Source: Lingula anatina (Eukaryota > Animalia > Brachiopoda). Taken from it: 64,000 nucleotides of DNA. Location: NCBI GenBank assembly GCA_051362555.1, contig CM120640.1, forward strand, positions 36,289,967 to 36,353,966, in the 5' to 3' direction. A model generated the notes under the pieces. That model saw only the letters and a list, made by a program, of their open reading frames with translations. It had not been told where the DNA came from and ran no database searches. Below, piece by piece: positions 50,801 to 64,000 of this stretch. Position 1 is the stretch's first letter, and each line of letters begins with the position of its first letter. The position numbers and the translations under genes are program-made.

Positions 50801-53800
50801 GTGTTTGTGCTGTTTTATGGCGAAGTGCAAACTCATTTTCCCCAAAAGGTGGAGAACGGAGTAGGTTCATGAGCTCATTTTCTGGTGTTGAGATGTCACT
50901 CAAGCTCGAAATATCTACCATATAAATCCTGGCACTAGGGTACTCATGGAGTGTACTCAAACCAACTGCAAAGGTAGAGGCAGTGAAAGGTGATACTTGA
51001 TCTCCTTGTGATACCTGAAAACCCTTGACAGTCATGATCCATAGCTTTGGCAATGCATCTCCAAGTTTTAAAATGCTGAGGATAACATCCCTTGCAAATG
51101 ATGAACTGCTTTTTATAAGCTTCCACACATCTTCTTTTGTTGTAATTGTTGGCCCAGAAATATGACTCTCATTTTGGGAAATGAGTATCAGGACAATATC
51201 ATCCACTTTTGGTTTTCTTTCTTCTTGGAGGTCAAGTATTTTCACCATTCCATGTAGCTTTGTCAGTGAACTCTGAAGAACAGTCAAATCTTCCTTGTTG
51301 TCACTGGTTAAGTAGAATACCGGGGATGTCTCTTCTTTCTTATCATTCTGTTTGGGTAATGCCGCTTCAACCCAGAAGATGCTCCACACCTTCATTGGAT
51401 CCTTAGAATGCTCCCCTTCCAATGACTGAAAGGACAGGTTGTCTATCCTACAGCATACAATTCCAGAATCTGCATCAATTGCCAAAACCTCATTTTGATC
51501 CTCATCAGTGGCACTCAGCATTTTGATGTATATAGCTACCCTTTTGGGTGTTTTCTTGCTATAGTAAGTAAAGCGCTTTAGTGAAGATGGGAGTGCTGGA
51601 GAATTAGTACGGAGCAAGTGGAGAACACCAAAGCTCTGCATCACGCAATCAAGGAAAGCTGGATGAATGTTGTACAGCATAAATTCTTTCCAAATTTCAT
51701 CTGGTGCTTCTGTCTGAATTAGGCACTTTGTGAAGCTTTTGTTAAAGGATGCCTGTTGAACTGCTTTGAAGGATGATCCTAGTTGGATTTCACCCACAGC
51801 CAGATTGCTGTAAAATTCTTCAGAACTAACGTGTAAATCAAGAGAGTCTTGTATATGTTCCAGTTTTCCTTGGGGAAGAGTAAATGCTTCTCTCACAATA
51901 TCCTCTTGAGACTTCAAATCATCTTCTTCCAAAGCCACGGCTTTACAGCTGATGTGCTCTGTGTAGTTGTTCTGGTCACCACTACATATTTTGATATTTG
52001 TTGTCTGATCATTTCCTTGAAAGATTGTATGTATAGTTGCTTCTCCATTCTTGGGAAAGAGAAAGCGTTTAAAGTCCACTTCTTCCAATGTGATAGTTTC
52101 TCTTTTTTGGCGCACTGCATTGACAGCTTCCAGTGCTGTTTCTATGTGGGCTGTTCCAGGGAGGATGACACTGCTTTGGATGATGTGGTGACTCACCCAA
52201 GGTGTAGTTATTCTTGAAATCTTGCTTTTCCAGTGGAATTTGAAGGGGGGTTCATTGATATACATGCTGATATCTTCTTGCATTTCTCCCAGTAATGGAT
52301 GGCTATGGACAGGAAAAAGGTATTCTCTTCTCACAAAATCTGTTATTCCACTGCAAGTGATACGTTCCCAAGGGTAGAGGGGTAAATGCATCACTTTGTA
52401 AGCAGATGGAAACATGGCTTCATAGTGGACAGGGTATCCTTCACAGTGGAGGGCAGTCAGGGTCTTCACAACATTTTTCAAATCTTCTAAGACTGGTGAT
52501 GAAGCTCTAGGTCTTTTAAGTGTCTCTAATACCACTACTTTCACTGGCTCTGCTCTTGCTCCAATGATATCTTTCATTGGACCTCTAAGAGCTGGATGAG
52601 CACCAATCTCAACAAAAATGGAATAGCCTTCATCAAGAAGAGTGTCCACAGCACTTTGAAATTTCACTTGTTGTCGAACATTCTTCCACCAATACATGCC
52701 ATCATTTACATCTGCACAATGGTTGTAATTGTTGGTAACAGTGGAAATCATGGGAACTTGGACAGCATCGACCACTTCTTGTTTTGCTAGTGGTTTCATC
52801 TTTTGGAGAAATCTCTCTTTCAGTGGCTCTTGTTGGTAGCTATGAAATGCATTGTTTACTTTCAACTGAACAGCTCGAATCCCTTCTTGGTTAAACATTT
52901 CAGCTAGGGCATCGACTGAGGATGCTGAGCCTGAGAAAACTATTTGTGAAGGACTGTTAATGGCTGCCACATCAACATATACAGAATGCTTGCTTTCATT
53001 CAGTTTTTCTTGAGCTGCATCTGTATTGTGTAACACAGCTAGCATTTTCCCACTGCCACTGGTTTTCTTCAGTAGCTTGCCACGGTTGTAAATAATCAGC
53101 ACAGCACTGTCAAATGATAGCATACCTGATGCATAAGCTGCAGCCACCTCTCCTACACTGTGACCTACCACAGCATCTGGCCGGACACCAAATTTCCGCA
53201 AGACTTCAACAAGACCTATCTGAATGGCACAGATAGCAGGCTGGGCATATTCTGTAATAAAAGTGCTTGTAGTCTTCTGGAATTCTTAAGTATTATATTG
53301 TATTTATATATTTATAGTGGACAAATTTAACAGGTGATCATCACAAGCAACAAAAGTTGGAGTGGCCTACTGCTAAAGAGACAAAAGCTTGAAGCCATGA
53401 GACCTCTTCTTGGTGTCTTCATGATATCTCTTTTGTACTCTGTAAGCTAGATTTACACATATTGGCCACAAAATGAAAACAAATTGTCAGATATATGGTA
53501 TATTTACCAGTTTGATTTATCAAATCTTCATCCTGATTGTTCATTAGTAGCCACTGCATTGACCACTTTGCTCCACACCTTTTCAAGCAGATATCAAAGT
53601 TCTGAATAGAGAAAGTTATTGGCTTTTATAATTAAAATACCTCTATTGATGTTGAGGTATTTAGCATTTGGAAGATTAATATTACTAAAAATCACTTATA
53701 ATTATGAATACCAATTTAGGTCCTACTTTTACAGAAGACAATAATAATTTCACTGATTCCATTTTTGATTAAACAATAGTCTCCCTCCTGTAATAAGAAA

Positions 53801-56800
53801 AAAGGCCAAGTTGGGACTCTTATGGGCTAATAATAATTAGAACTTGTCATTGGCAATGGGCTCCACCCCAGTACTACCAACCACATAATTTTATTTAAAA
53901 AGTATCACTGAGCAAAACAATACGTGCAGACTTGACATTGTAAACATGGAATATTTCAGTTCAATAGGTATGTCTTGGTATAAAACATACTGTTTTTAAA
54001 AACTTTTATTTCATTATGAGATATGTGAATATATAAATGTGTGGTATTAAGGTGTGTCAGAAGTACTAAATTTATTAATTAACTGCCTTGTCTGTAACAT
54101 TACATAATATACAATAGTTTTTTTGAGAGGTACTCTTGACTGGCCTTTATATGAGTACGAGAGATCATGGTTCTATTTGAAAAAGTCTCCATATTTTGAT
54201 AATACCTTCACAGATAATTTTGAAATTTTGCATACAATTAGTCAGTTAAAGGGAGCATTCAGAACAAGTTGATTTGCGGACTAACAGATACATGGATCAA
54301 ATATGGGCAACCCACTTAAGAGCTTGCAGTATAATCCCCTAATAAACACTGGATAGAATCCCCATGGGGCTAGGTGGTAAGCTTTCAAATGGGTCATCAA
54401 AATTTGATCTGCAAATCAGTCAGTCCATAGATCAACTTCTGTTGTGAATTTGGCCAAACTGTGGATGTATTGAGCGAAGCAGTGTTTCACAGCACTGTAA
54501 CTCTATCAGAATGGTCCAAAACACTGCCAACATTGCCATACAAAATGTTGTGTCACAAGAAACTGTCTGTACAGTTTTGCAGAGTAATGCCCAGAAGGGT
54601 TTACCTAAGCAGAGGTATCCACATCTTACCACCAGCAAACAGGACCCATTGTTCTTATGGTTTTGCTCCTTGTAACAAACAAATGCAACTGTTCACTTCA
54701 GCATGAGGGCCAGATTGCAACTAGTAAGTGTTTTTCTAATACAACAAAGTATGACTTAGAGTTACTGGACAGCATTGGTATTTGTAGTAAAATTCCAATT
54801 AGCAGTCATCCATGGAAACCTGAACCATGTCAAATATTTGGCTTTTCTGGGAATCTCCTGCTTACCATTTGCTAGAAGGCACCTCAGGAACAATTTTATT
54901 TGCAAGACCAGGGGCCTGATTTGAGCCAAATACAATCTGTGGGTTGTCAATATTTGCCAAATCAATGGTCTACTGGTCCTACAACAAATCTGAACCAAAC
55001 TGAATTTTTTCCAATACCTGGAAAGTTCTTCCTGATGAAACTCTAGAAAACCTGTCAGAAGGAATGTGCATGCCTTTCTGCTTAAGAGACCTGGCAGCAG
55101 CCAGATGAGACCAGAAGCACCTTTGGCAAACCTTGGACTAAACACTGATATTAGCAACCTTTGTGGGGCATGCTATTCTTTCAAAGATGATCATTTAGAA
55201 TGTACGAAGATCCACTAACAATGTTGATGTTTGTTGTATGACTAGAAATCAGCCATGTTTTTTTGTCTGTTTAGCTATAGGGTTATTAAGTTATGTAAGT
55301 GATGCCACAATGACACTAAAGAGATAGTTAGAAAGTTTCTAGAACATGATTTGAACGTTTGTTTCATTTATCCATCAGAAAAATAGGGAAAAATTGAAGA
55401 AAAATTATTTGGAAAACAATTATTCAACGTTCAGTGTCAAGTTTTTACACTGGCTGTGTCCAGCAAGATATTATAGTGACATGATTAATATTTCATAAAT
55501 GGAACTAAATAATTCATATCATACCTGGATTGTTTTGGCGAATGTTGGTTCTTGGTGAACAAGCTGTCGGCCCATTCCCCACCACTGTGTTCCCATGCCA
55601 TTGAAAACAAAAACCAATGGTGTTTGTGTAATGGAATCCACAGCTTCACCTGAAACAAAACCAGCAGCCACTTTCTGTGTCTTGAAAGTCTCCAAAGAAT
55701 GCAAAATTTCAGATGCTTCTCTCCCAAGAACACCAAGGCGATGCTGATGATGATGTGAGCGCAGGCAAGTAGTAGCTGCCACATCATAGAACTTCTCTGG
55801 TTCTTGATCCTGTATCTTGCGAAACAACTCAATGAAGTCCTCAACGCGTGACAACAATGCTGTAGATGTTGCTGCAGATATCAACACAACCTGTTTACAA
55901 AAGAAAACAAAATCATTTTCCAATTTAAATACAAGGAAAGCTATCCTTAACATTTTTTCTTAATGGAATGCTGTAAATTAGAAAGATACAGCATATAGTG
56001 CATTACGTACCATTAGGGAAGCTAGGTTACATTATCCAGCAGACATTAAAGTGTTAAATACTGACAATGAATAATTGGCCAAGCATTTTTGCATTAGATG
56101 CCACATGGCGTAACTTATTTCATAAGATTTGATGTGCCAGAATCCATGCCATACAAAGAAAAATTGTGTTTAATAATAACCACTAGGCTATGTGATATAT
56201 AATAAAATATATAATTTAATCTAGCCACCCACTATATGATGAATGTTTTCATCTTTACCTTAACTGGTGGTCCTGATTCATGTATTTGCAGTGGTGCATC
56301 GTTGATGGAAGGGGGGGCTTCAAATATGATGTGGGCATTTGCACCTCCAAAACCAAATGAACTGCAACCAGCAATCAAAGGCATTTCTTCTTCATAAGGC
56401 CAAATTATCAATTCCTTTGGTACCTTGATATTCAGTTCTTTGAACTTTATATTTGGACTGCCCAACCTGAAATGAACTACTGGGGGTATCAACTCATTGT
56501 GCATCATAAGAGCAACCTTGATGACCCCAGCAATGCCTGATGCCCCTTCACAGTGACCAATGTTTGACTTAACTGAACCAATATAAAGTGGAGTCTTTGC
56601 ATCTTTAATTTGACCAATAGTTTCTCCAAGAGCACTTGCTTCGGTAGTATCACCTACTTGTGTACCAGTCCCATGGGCTTCCATATATTGTATATCTTGT
56701 GGGTTTATCATAGCATGACGGCATGCACGATATACAAGATTGACTTGTGCAAAATAGCTTGGGCTGGTAATGCCCGGAGTTCTGCCATCATTGCTGAGTG

Positions 56801-59800
56801 CACCACCGCGGATGACTGCATAAATCCGGTCTCCATCTTCAACAGCTTTGTCCAGTGACTTCAAGATAATTGCTCCAGCCCCTTCACTTCGACAGTACCC
56901 ATCAGCAGAGGAATCAAAGCTCTTGCTCCTACCATCAGGTGCCAGCATACCAGCTTGACAAAATCCAATAGTGGTGTCTGGCATCATTATAAGATTGACC
57001 CCCCCTGCCACTGCCATGTTGCAGTCACCGTTTCGGATGGCTTCTGAAGCTAGATGAACAGCATACAATGAAGAGGAACAAGCTGTGTCAATGGATAAAC
57101 TAGGTCCATGGAGATCAAACTCGTATGATATACGGTTGGAAACCATACAACTGTTAGTGCCAGAGTTTGAGTATTGACTGATAGTGTCACATCTTCCAGA
57201 TGTTAAGGTTGTGTATTCGCTAGCTGTCACCCCCATGTAAACACCTGAAATCACACATTCAACATCTCATTACTTTGCAAATTGTATAATTACAATAACT
57301 GTAAATACAATCTAAATCTATAAATACAATCTGAATATAACATGGAGCTGGTAAAAATAGATAGGTACAATTTAGACAAAAGTACAAGTAAAAATTAATT
57401 TTTTGAGGAAATAACCTCCTGTACCCACCAGTCCTTAAGAGAGATGTCAGAAGACAAGACCACAAAAGGGATCAAGGCAGCAAAGCTGTCAAATGTACAG
57501 ACAAAAAGCAGAAAATGAAGATGCAGAAAAATTTGTCAATTTTGATACAATAAATAATGCTTATAACAGCATAGTCAATTAACACTAAAATTTAATCATG
57601 CACAACAGCTTACATGGTCAATAAGATTACAGTTTCAGGACCATAAGTGAAAGTTCAAATTCAAATAATGAATATCCCACTATGCGAAAAATTATGACAG
57701 TGCATAAAATAATATTACATTATGTTTAAAGACATAAACACAATACAATTGCTTATGTGGAAATACAGAAAATGCACAGAGCTTCTGGTGGATGGGAGTT
57801 AAAAGTCACATCTTGAAGATGCTAGTGTTTGAAAAATAATTTAAAAAAAATTAAAATAAAACATAACCAAAAATTCCAATAAAGCCATCATTCAAACTTT
57901 TAATCTAGCTGTATTAACATGAAGCTGCACTTCAGTCCTATGAAACTTTTCAGTAAGTTTGAGTATCATAAGTAATGTGGTTTTCCCTTAATGGTCATCC
58001 TGGCAGCACTGTCCAAAATAGGGTTTTCTTCAACTTTTATGCAATAACATAATGCTTAACAGCATAATGACCATCAATTTTTAATAATAAAGTAAAAGTT
58101 TGGGAAGGGTAAGTGACATGGTTTTCCTTTAAGGGTCACTATGGAGGCAGTGCCCAAAATAAGGTTGTCTGTAATTTTGATGCAAAATTACATAATGCTT
58201 TACAGCAAAATGACCATCAATTTTTAATAATAAAATTAAAGTATCATGGATATTAAGAAAATGAGAGATGTTAAAGTCTTCAAGGCCATCCCAGCAGGCA
58301 TAGTGATGTTGGATCAATGTTGAAAACAGGTTGGGACATTGAATTGCCGTTGATCTACCTAAATTCAACATAAAATCAACATTGATCCAGCCATATATAT
58401 TATATAAGAAAATAACTATATATATATATAAGTATATAAAACTAAACCCTGGAAATCCTAACTTAAAGGCCATACATATATACCCTACATATATTTAGCC
58501 ATCAAACATGTCCTACTGCTAAACACAACCAGGCTAAAAGGGTGTACCAAGCTTAGGTTAACATGTTTTTACAATGTACGTTACAATTGTGTACCTGTTT
58601 TTTGTACCAAAATTAAAAACATTTCAGGTCATTTTAATGTCTTTTCATGCAAGAATGTTGTCTAACAACTGGGGTTGATACAATGTTGTTATCTGACATT
58701 GATACAACGTTGTTATCTGACGTTGATCCAACTTTCAAATCCAACGTTTATCCAATGTCTTATCAATGTTATGGTTCAATGTTGTTTCAACGTTAAAACA
58801 ACATAATTTGCCCGCTGGGAAGGAAGTTCAGAGTCACACCTTCAAAATGCCAAAATGTAAACAAAAGACAACTGTACTGAAATGGTTTCCTTTCCATTTT
58901 CAGCACCTTTTTTACATAAAACAGAATAATCAATTTACTGTCTTTTTTAAATGATCCACTAAGAAAATTGTTGACATAGGAAAATCATCAATAGAACAAT
59001 GTCAAATGTCCAATTTGCTCCATTCTGAGATTCTGAATGTGGTGAATGATTGAATCTGAAAAACTGTAAAGATATGAGTTGATTTCCTTTTCTGATATTT
59101 AATTACACAATACACAATAGCAGGTTTACCATCATTTTTATATAATCAACTAACAATATTGTTAAGATGCAGAAAATGTCAACAGAACACCTTTACATAT
59201 CTAATTAGTTAAAAATGAGACTGTTAACATGCCTAAAAATTAAATCTGAGGAAAAAACACTTTTATACAAAAAAGGCATAACTTCATCAAACCTGAACCA
59301 ATCAAGCTGATTTTAAAACTCGACCTGTATTTTAGTAAGATTGATCACTCCTGTGAGTAACAAAACAATAGGATTATCAGTTTTCCTTGAAATCCGTTAT
59401 CAGTGTTGCATATATGCTGAAGAAAGCAAAAAAAAAAAAAAAAAAAACAGCATAACTTTTGAAAAAATGGTCTGCGTATTATAAATATCCATCAGTTCTG
59501 TTAGTTTCAAGCCAAAAGGTAAAACGGTTTTTCACATTGTGTTATCAGTGTTGCATATATGCTGAAAAAGGTGAAAAAAAAAACATAACTTTTATGAAAA
59601 TGGCCCAATCATGCTAATTATTGAACTTGACCTGTGTTTTGTGAATAAACATCAGTTCTGTAAGTTTCAAGCAAAAAAGTAAAATGTTTTTTCACTTATC
59701 AAGTTATCGGTGTTGCATAAATGCTGAAAAAAGTGAAAAAAAAGCATAACTTAGATAAAAACGGCCCGCTCATGCTGATTTTTAAACTTGACCTGTATAT

Positions 59801-62800
59801 TATGAATATTCATCAGTTCTGTAAGTTTCAAGCCAGAAAATGAAATCATTTTCCACTTATTGTGTTTTTGGTGAAAGTGCACAGCGATGACAGACGCAGC
59901 TGATGGCTATATGTACCTGTACAGACACATCTGTGAAGACAAAGCTGTTAAAATAAATCCACAGCTGACATGGGCAACAGCAACTTCAATGACAGAACTT
60001 TGCAGTCACCATCCTACCCAAGTACAGGTACACCGCAGCCAACCAAACATTCCTTACTGCAAGCGAGCAGTCAAGAGTCCACAGTACTCAGCTTTGCACC
60101 CAAATAAACCTTATCATACATGTTACATGTTCAACACAGGTGTGTTGGATGGTAATGGAGATGGAATGGGCAGGCACAGTGATCAAAACAAATCAAGCAC
60201 ATGCAGTGAAGAATAAGAATGGATTAACATGTTGTCTTAGTGAGGGGTCTGGTTCAATCGAGCATTTACTGTGGAAAGACAGTTTAGGGTTCCAGTACAG
60301 GTGCTTTGAAAATGTTTACTATACGAACCGCAGTTAGTCCCTCTGATGGACCTTGCTGGAATTCCACCATCTTCAAAGGCCTCCCACACCACTTCTAAGA
60401 GGAGACGGACTTGAGGATCCATGTGATTTGCTTCATCTGAAAACAGTTCATTGAATTTCAGTGTATATATATTGAATTTTGTCAGTCTACTTATCTGTTT
60501 AAATGTAGTGTAACACTAAAAAACATACACAATCTTATGCTCAAGCATTTAAATCTTTTATTATTCTTGTTAAATGCTTCAAGTACATCTTTTTCTGTGT
60601 AGGTCCAGTTTCCAAAATATAAGCAGATAAGACATCGAAGATTATGTAAAGGAAAATTGGTTAGCTATAATACTGATAATATATCTGATAATAAATACTG
60701 GTTAAAGGTATAATTATTGTTCTGTTGGCTAAACAAACTAAAAGACAATGTAACAACATTCAATCAAGACATTGGAAAGGTTTGAACTAATGCTGAAACA
60801 CACTTGAACATGTTTTTTCTTTTAATGAAAAATGTTCTGGAACATTCTGAAGGGCTTCCCAAAACAGAGCTGTTACATTCATTACAGAACAACATTAGAA
60901 CTGTAAAAAAATACACCAAATGTTCTAGAATAGATTGAAAACCATAAGTAAACGTTACATGAGACAAAATTTCGTAGGGGATCATTCCAAACAGGCACAC
61001 AGGCAAAATTACTTGGGCAAGTCTGAGTGTAGAAAACCACACCAAGAGAAGAGTGACCGCAGTGGATTTAGTAGTCACTACAGTATTTTTTTTTTTTTTT
61101 TTTTTTGATGTAACGATTTCATTAATCATTGGTAATTACCCTGTATGGGAAGATCGATATTCATACCAGGAACATCTGTTTTAAAGGGCAGAAACCACTA
61201 AATCAACCAATCAGAATGTAGTTCAGTGAGAGAAAATGAGTGTTTTTTCCATTTTTGTTCCTGGCATTTCTTGTGTGTTGCTAGGGTTTATTTTGGTATC
61301 AACTAGCAGACTAGGGTGTAAACTACTGCCTGTTTTTTTTTTTTTTTTTTTTCAGGACCAGGCACAGGTGCAGTCGTGAGACCTCTGGCGGAAGGGGCTA
61401 CTGACTGTGAGTGGTGCAGTGGTTTGTTTACAAACAGAGGGGTGCACATGTTCAAGTGATGCCGGTAAGACAGTGGACTTGATGACAGTGTATTTTTTGC
61501 CATTGGGAGTTATGTCAGTGTGTCTGCTGTCCATGGAGATGGGGAATGTTTCACAGAGTAATTTTCTTTATGCAGGTTTGCAGGCATTTCTTAAAATGGT
61601 CGTCAATGGGAAATTTTTTGGTGGTTTCTCCCCTGTATTCTGCTTTTCATGCCCAAATGAAGAGCTGTTATCCCTTTGCATTATGTGGTATGTTTGACCC
61701 TCAAACGACTCATATACATGTATCTTAAAAAGTTTGTAAAATATCTTTATACAAAATTGCAATATCAAAATTTACCTGGAGACATCTTAAAAAACAGTCT
61801 ATCAAAGGACAGTAGGTCTTGCTCTAGGTAGCCCCCTCCTCTCACGTACAGCTTGCCTGGAGTCTTCGGTGTAGGATGATAAAAATGATTGACATCAAAT
61901 CTGTCATCTGGTAGTGGTCTGGTACAGTCAATGCCTTTAAGAAGCACCTTCCATACAAAAAGGAAAAATTAAGTTAAAAAGCTTAATTTAGTTCAGGCAA
62001 ACTTATCGTCGTGTAGATCATCTATTTGCACTTTTCGAAACCCTGGACTAAATACATACTAGGCCAGTATCCGGGTATGCATTGTCATAATAAGTTGTAT
62101 GTCCTACGTCTCCTATTCTCAGAAACACATCCCCCTGGACACAATTTCATGGGACTTTATACCCTGTGGACACCAATTACGTAGTATGAGGCCAGATGCA
62201 CCACTAACCATTGCTGTGACTCGATAATGATGTGGAGCATTTAACTCTTTCACAGATGATAATTTGGAAAATATGCAGACCATAATAACGCTTTTAATGG
62301 TTGTTGTTTGACTTAGATTCAGGCATGTATTTTTCTTTGCTTAATGGTGAAAATTCAATTAAAGAACTGAAGTCATAATTAGGTTAGAAAAGTGTATCAA
62401 AAATTATTTAAACCCTTGTTTTCATTTATAAGTCGGAAAAGTAGGAACAAATCAAAGAAAAATGATTTAGAAATAACCAGGAGCCGAGGTCCATTTACAC
62501 GTGCCATAAAATTGTTTATTTGCCATCATGACCATGGTTTATATCATAGTTGTCAATAAATAGAAAAAAAAAATCGTGTAGTAAGAAGTCTCTGACGCCT
62601 TTGTTACATGTAGCAGTGCGTGCAAGGGCACTTAATTGCTGCAGGTGTTAATGAAAATAGCTCACTCCAGCAGTCGCGGCTCCCTATTTTGATGTCTATT
62701 ATTGCACTTTTAATTTTCCCATATGTTGTAATTATTTTCAAAGGACAGTTAGAAGATATGATATTTCAAACTTTACTCACTTTTTGGAACTATTGTTGCA

Positions 62801-62970
62801 TATTAGAAACCTAGTTAATGCCTAAAAAAAAATACACATACCTCCCAAAAGTCCTTGACGTTATTAATTTCCCCTGGGAAACGACAGCCGATTCCAACGA
62901 TTGCAATTTTCTTGTTTTCAGGTAGCCAATTAGGCTTTTGGCCTGGTTCTTTTTTGCGTCCTCGAGGCAT
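47850..62970 (-). CDS. Type I polyketide synthase PKS-B, paralog of PKS-A, ~2418 aa, 7 coding exons
   Basis: Exons 62970-62842, 61947-61776, 60436-60329, 57244-56259, 55890-55525, 53601-53508, 53251-47850 (7257 nt). The first six exons have the same lengths as in PKS-A; catalytic motifs are intact (DTACSS, HGTGT, GHSVG, GQSNY, GLDSL, GHSFG). Confidence 0.93.
58290..58819. mobile_element. ~530-bp non-autonomous TIR element (CCCAG...CTGGG, CMC/EnSpm-like) in PKS-B intron 3
   Basis: Ends cccagcaggca / tgcccgctggg with subterminal caatgttg/caacgttg repeats; TSD not clean. Confidence 0.65.
59276..59870. repeat. Tandem array of ~4 degenerate 130-175-bp units
   Basis: Recurring cataactt (59277, 59451, 59584, 59746), aacttgacctgt, catcagttctgtaagtttcaagc and ttatcagtgttgcatatatgctgaa. 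Confidence 0.8.
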
Positions 62971-63559
62971 ATCTACAGAAAAATTAAACATAATTAAGCA
63001 GAATGTCACGTCCCACGCAAGTTCTTCTCACGAAATTTCGAGTTCTCAGACAGCCCGTAAGCACGTACGGAGGATATTGGACATGTCCAAAAGATTCTAC
63101 GAATAATCTGCGAACAGCAAGGCCGCAAGCGTAACTTGCTCTATTCGTAAAGAGTTTGCAAGTGAGACGTGCGTGGTCCAAGAGGCATATCGCAAACAAT
63201 GAAGGAGCAAGTGCCTTTTGTGTTGAGCACTCCCACGCCTGCAATATAAAAGGTGCTCACGACGCACGCTCGTGTCTCGAAAATGAACGTCGATTGTGCA
63301 ACGTGTACAACAATTTTCAAAAACTTCAAAAACTTATAATGTGACTCCAAAAGGCAAGAGAAAGAAGCTTAGAGAACAGAAAAAAGGGAGGAGGAAGAAG
63401 AAAGAAGGGGAGCACAAGACTCAAAACTGACGTACGCGGTCAGTACGCTATTACAAGTGTGTGAGGCAAGTGTGAAGCAAAAGGAAATTACTTTCGCCGT
63501 GCGTAGCATTCTCTTTGTAAGTGGTGAGTGCTTGCCACGTACACAGGTAGCAAAACTAA

Positions 63560-63750
63560 AGCCCCCTTTACACTGGGCGTCGTCCTTTCTGCATCCCGTT
63601 GTACGGCCCTGTTTGGGAGTTAAAAAACAATAAAATTTTACGTGTCGACAACTGGCCGACCACTCAGTATTCATTTTGCAACTAAAGCGATACCAGTTTC
63701 ATGGTCGCACAAAGGACGCAGAAAGGACGCCGTCCAGTGTAAAGGGGGTT
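63560..63750. mobile_element. PIF/Harbinger-like MITE
   Basis: TIRs agccccctttacactgggcgtcgtcctttctgcatcc / ggacgcagaaaggacgccgtccagtgtaaagggggtt; TAA TSD on both flanks. Confidence 0.8.
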
Positions 63751-64000
63751 TAACTCAAGAAATGGATACAATTTTCCCTTCCCTCGCACCGTGCAATTAG
63801 CGTCCCTCTTTGCAATGACATCGTAAGGCAGACTTGCGCCTTTCCATTAAAACCTTTCCTGTAGCTCTACGGACTACACGGCCTCCACTACACCCAAACT
63901 TCGTAGGAGACGTGGGGTCTTAAAATTCGTGCGGACGGTTGTGACCGAGGCTTAAATGTTGAATAGCCAGGCAATGTTTATGCCACTTTCTCTGAGGGCA

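Noticed and set aside
47850-62970. PKS-B as an assembly artefact (allelic haplotig) or pseudogene
   Set aside because: It has many amino-acid differences, small indels and distinct intron insertions relative to PKS-A, while all exons remain in frame with GT-AG sites.
63000-64000. GC/CpG-richer region upstream of PKS-B as its promoter
   Set aside because: It contains a clear MITE and repeat-like cacg/cgtg motifs and shows no similarity to the 35944-36363 candidate; the PKS-B first exon probably lies beyond the window.

Overview
AT-rich, intron-containing animal (invertebrate-like) genomic DNA with four protein-coding genes reconstructed by hand from splice sites. (1) ZDHHC17/HIP14 palmitoyltransferase (+, 1484-10798, 15 coding exons, including a U12-type AT-AC intron). 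(2) A ~2421-aa type I polyketide synthase, PKS-A (-, 14721-30369; KS-AT-DH-psiKR-degenerate ER-KR-ACP-TE). (3) A 938-aa Patched-domain (PTCHD3/PTR-like) RND transporter (+, 38104-42620). (4) A close paralogous PKS, PKS-B (-, 47850-62970), with identical exon structure. The standout candidate system is a PKS-transporter-PKS cluster. PKS-A and the transporter appear to be transcribed divergently from a ~420-bp bidirectional promoter (outward-facing consensus splice donors around a CCAAT box and a palindromic E-box), reminiscent of bacterial pks/MmpL pairs. The PKS architecture (no MT, ER without its NADPH motif) predicts a polyene-type product. Introns and spacers carry a BEL/Pao retrotransposon relic, a 3-kb TIR element with CCTATAGG arrays, several MITEs, a long inverted repeat and tandem repeats. 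Functional links are inferences; no database searches were run.
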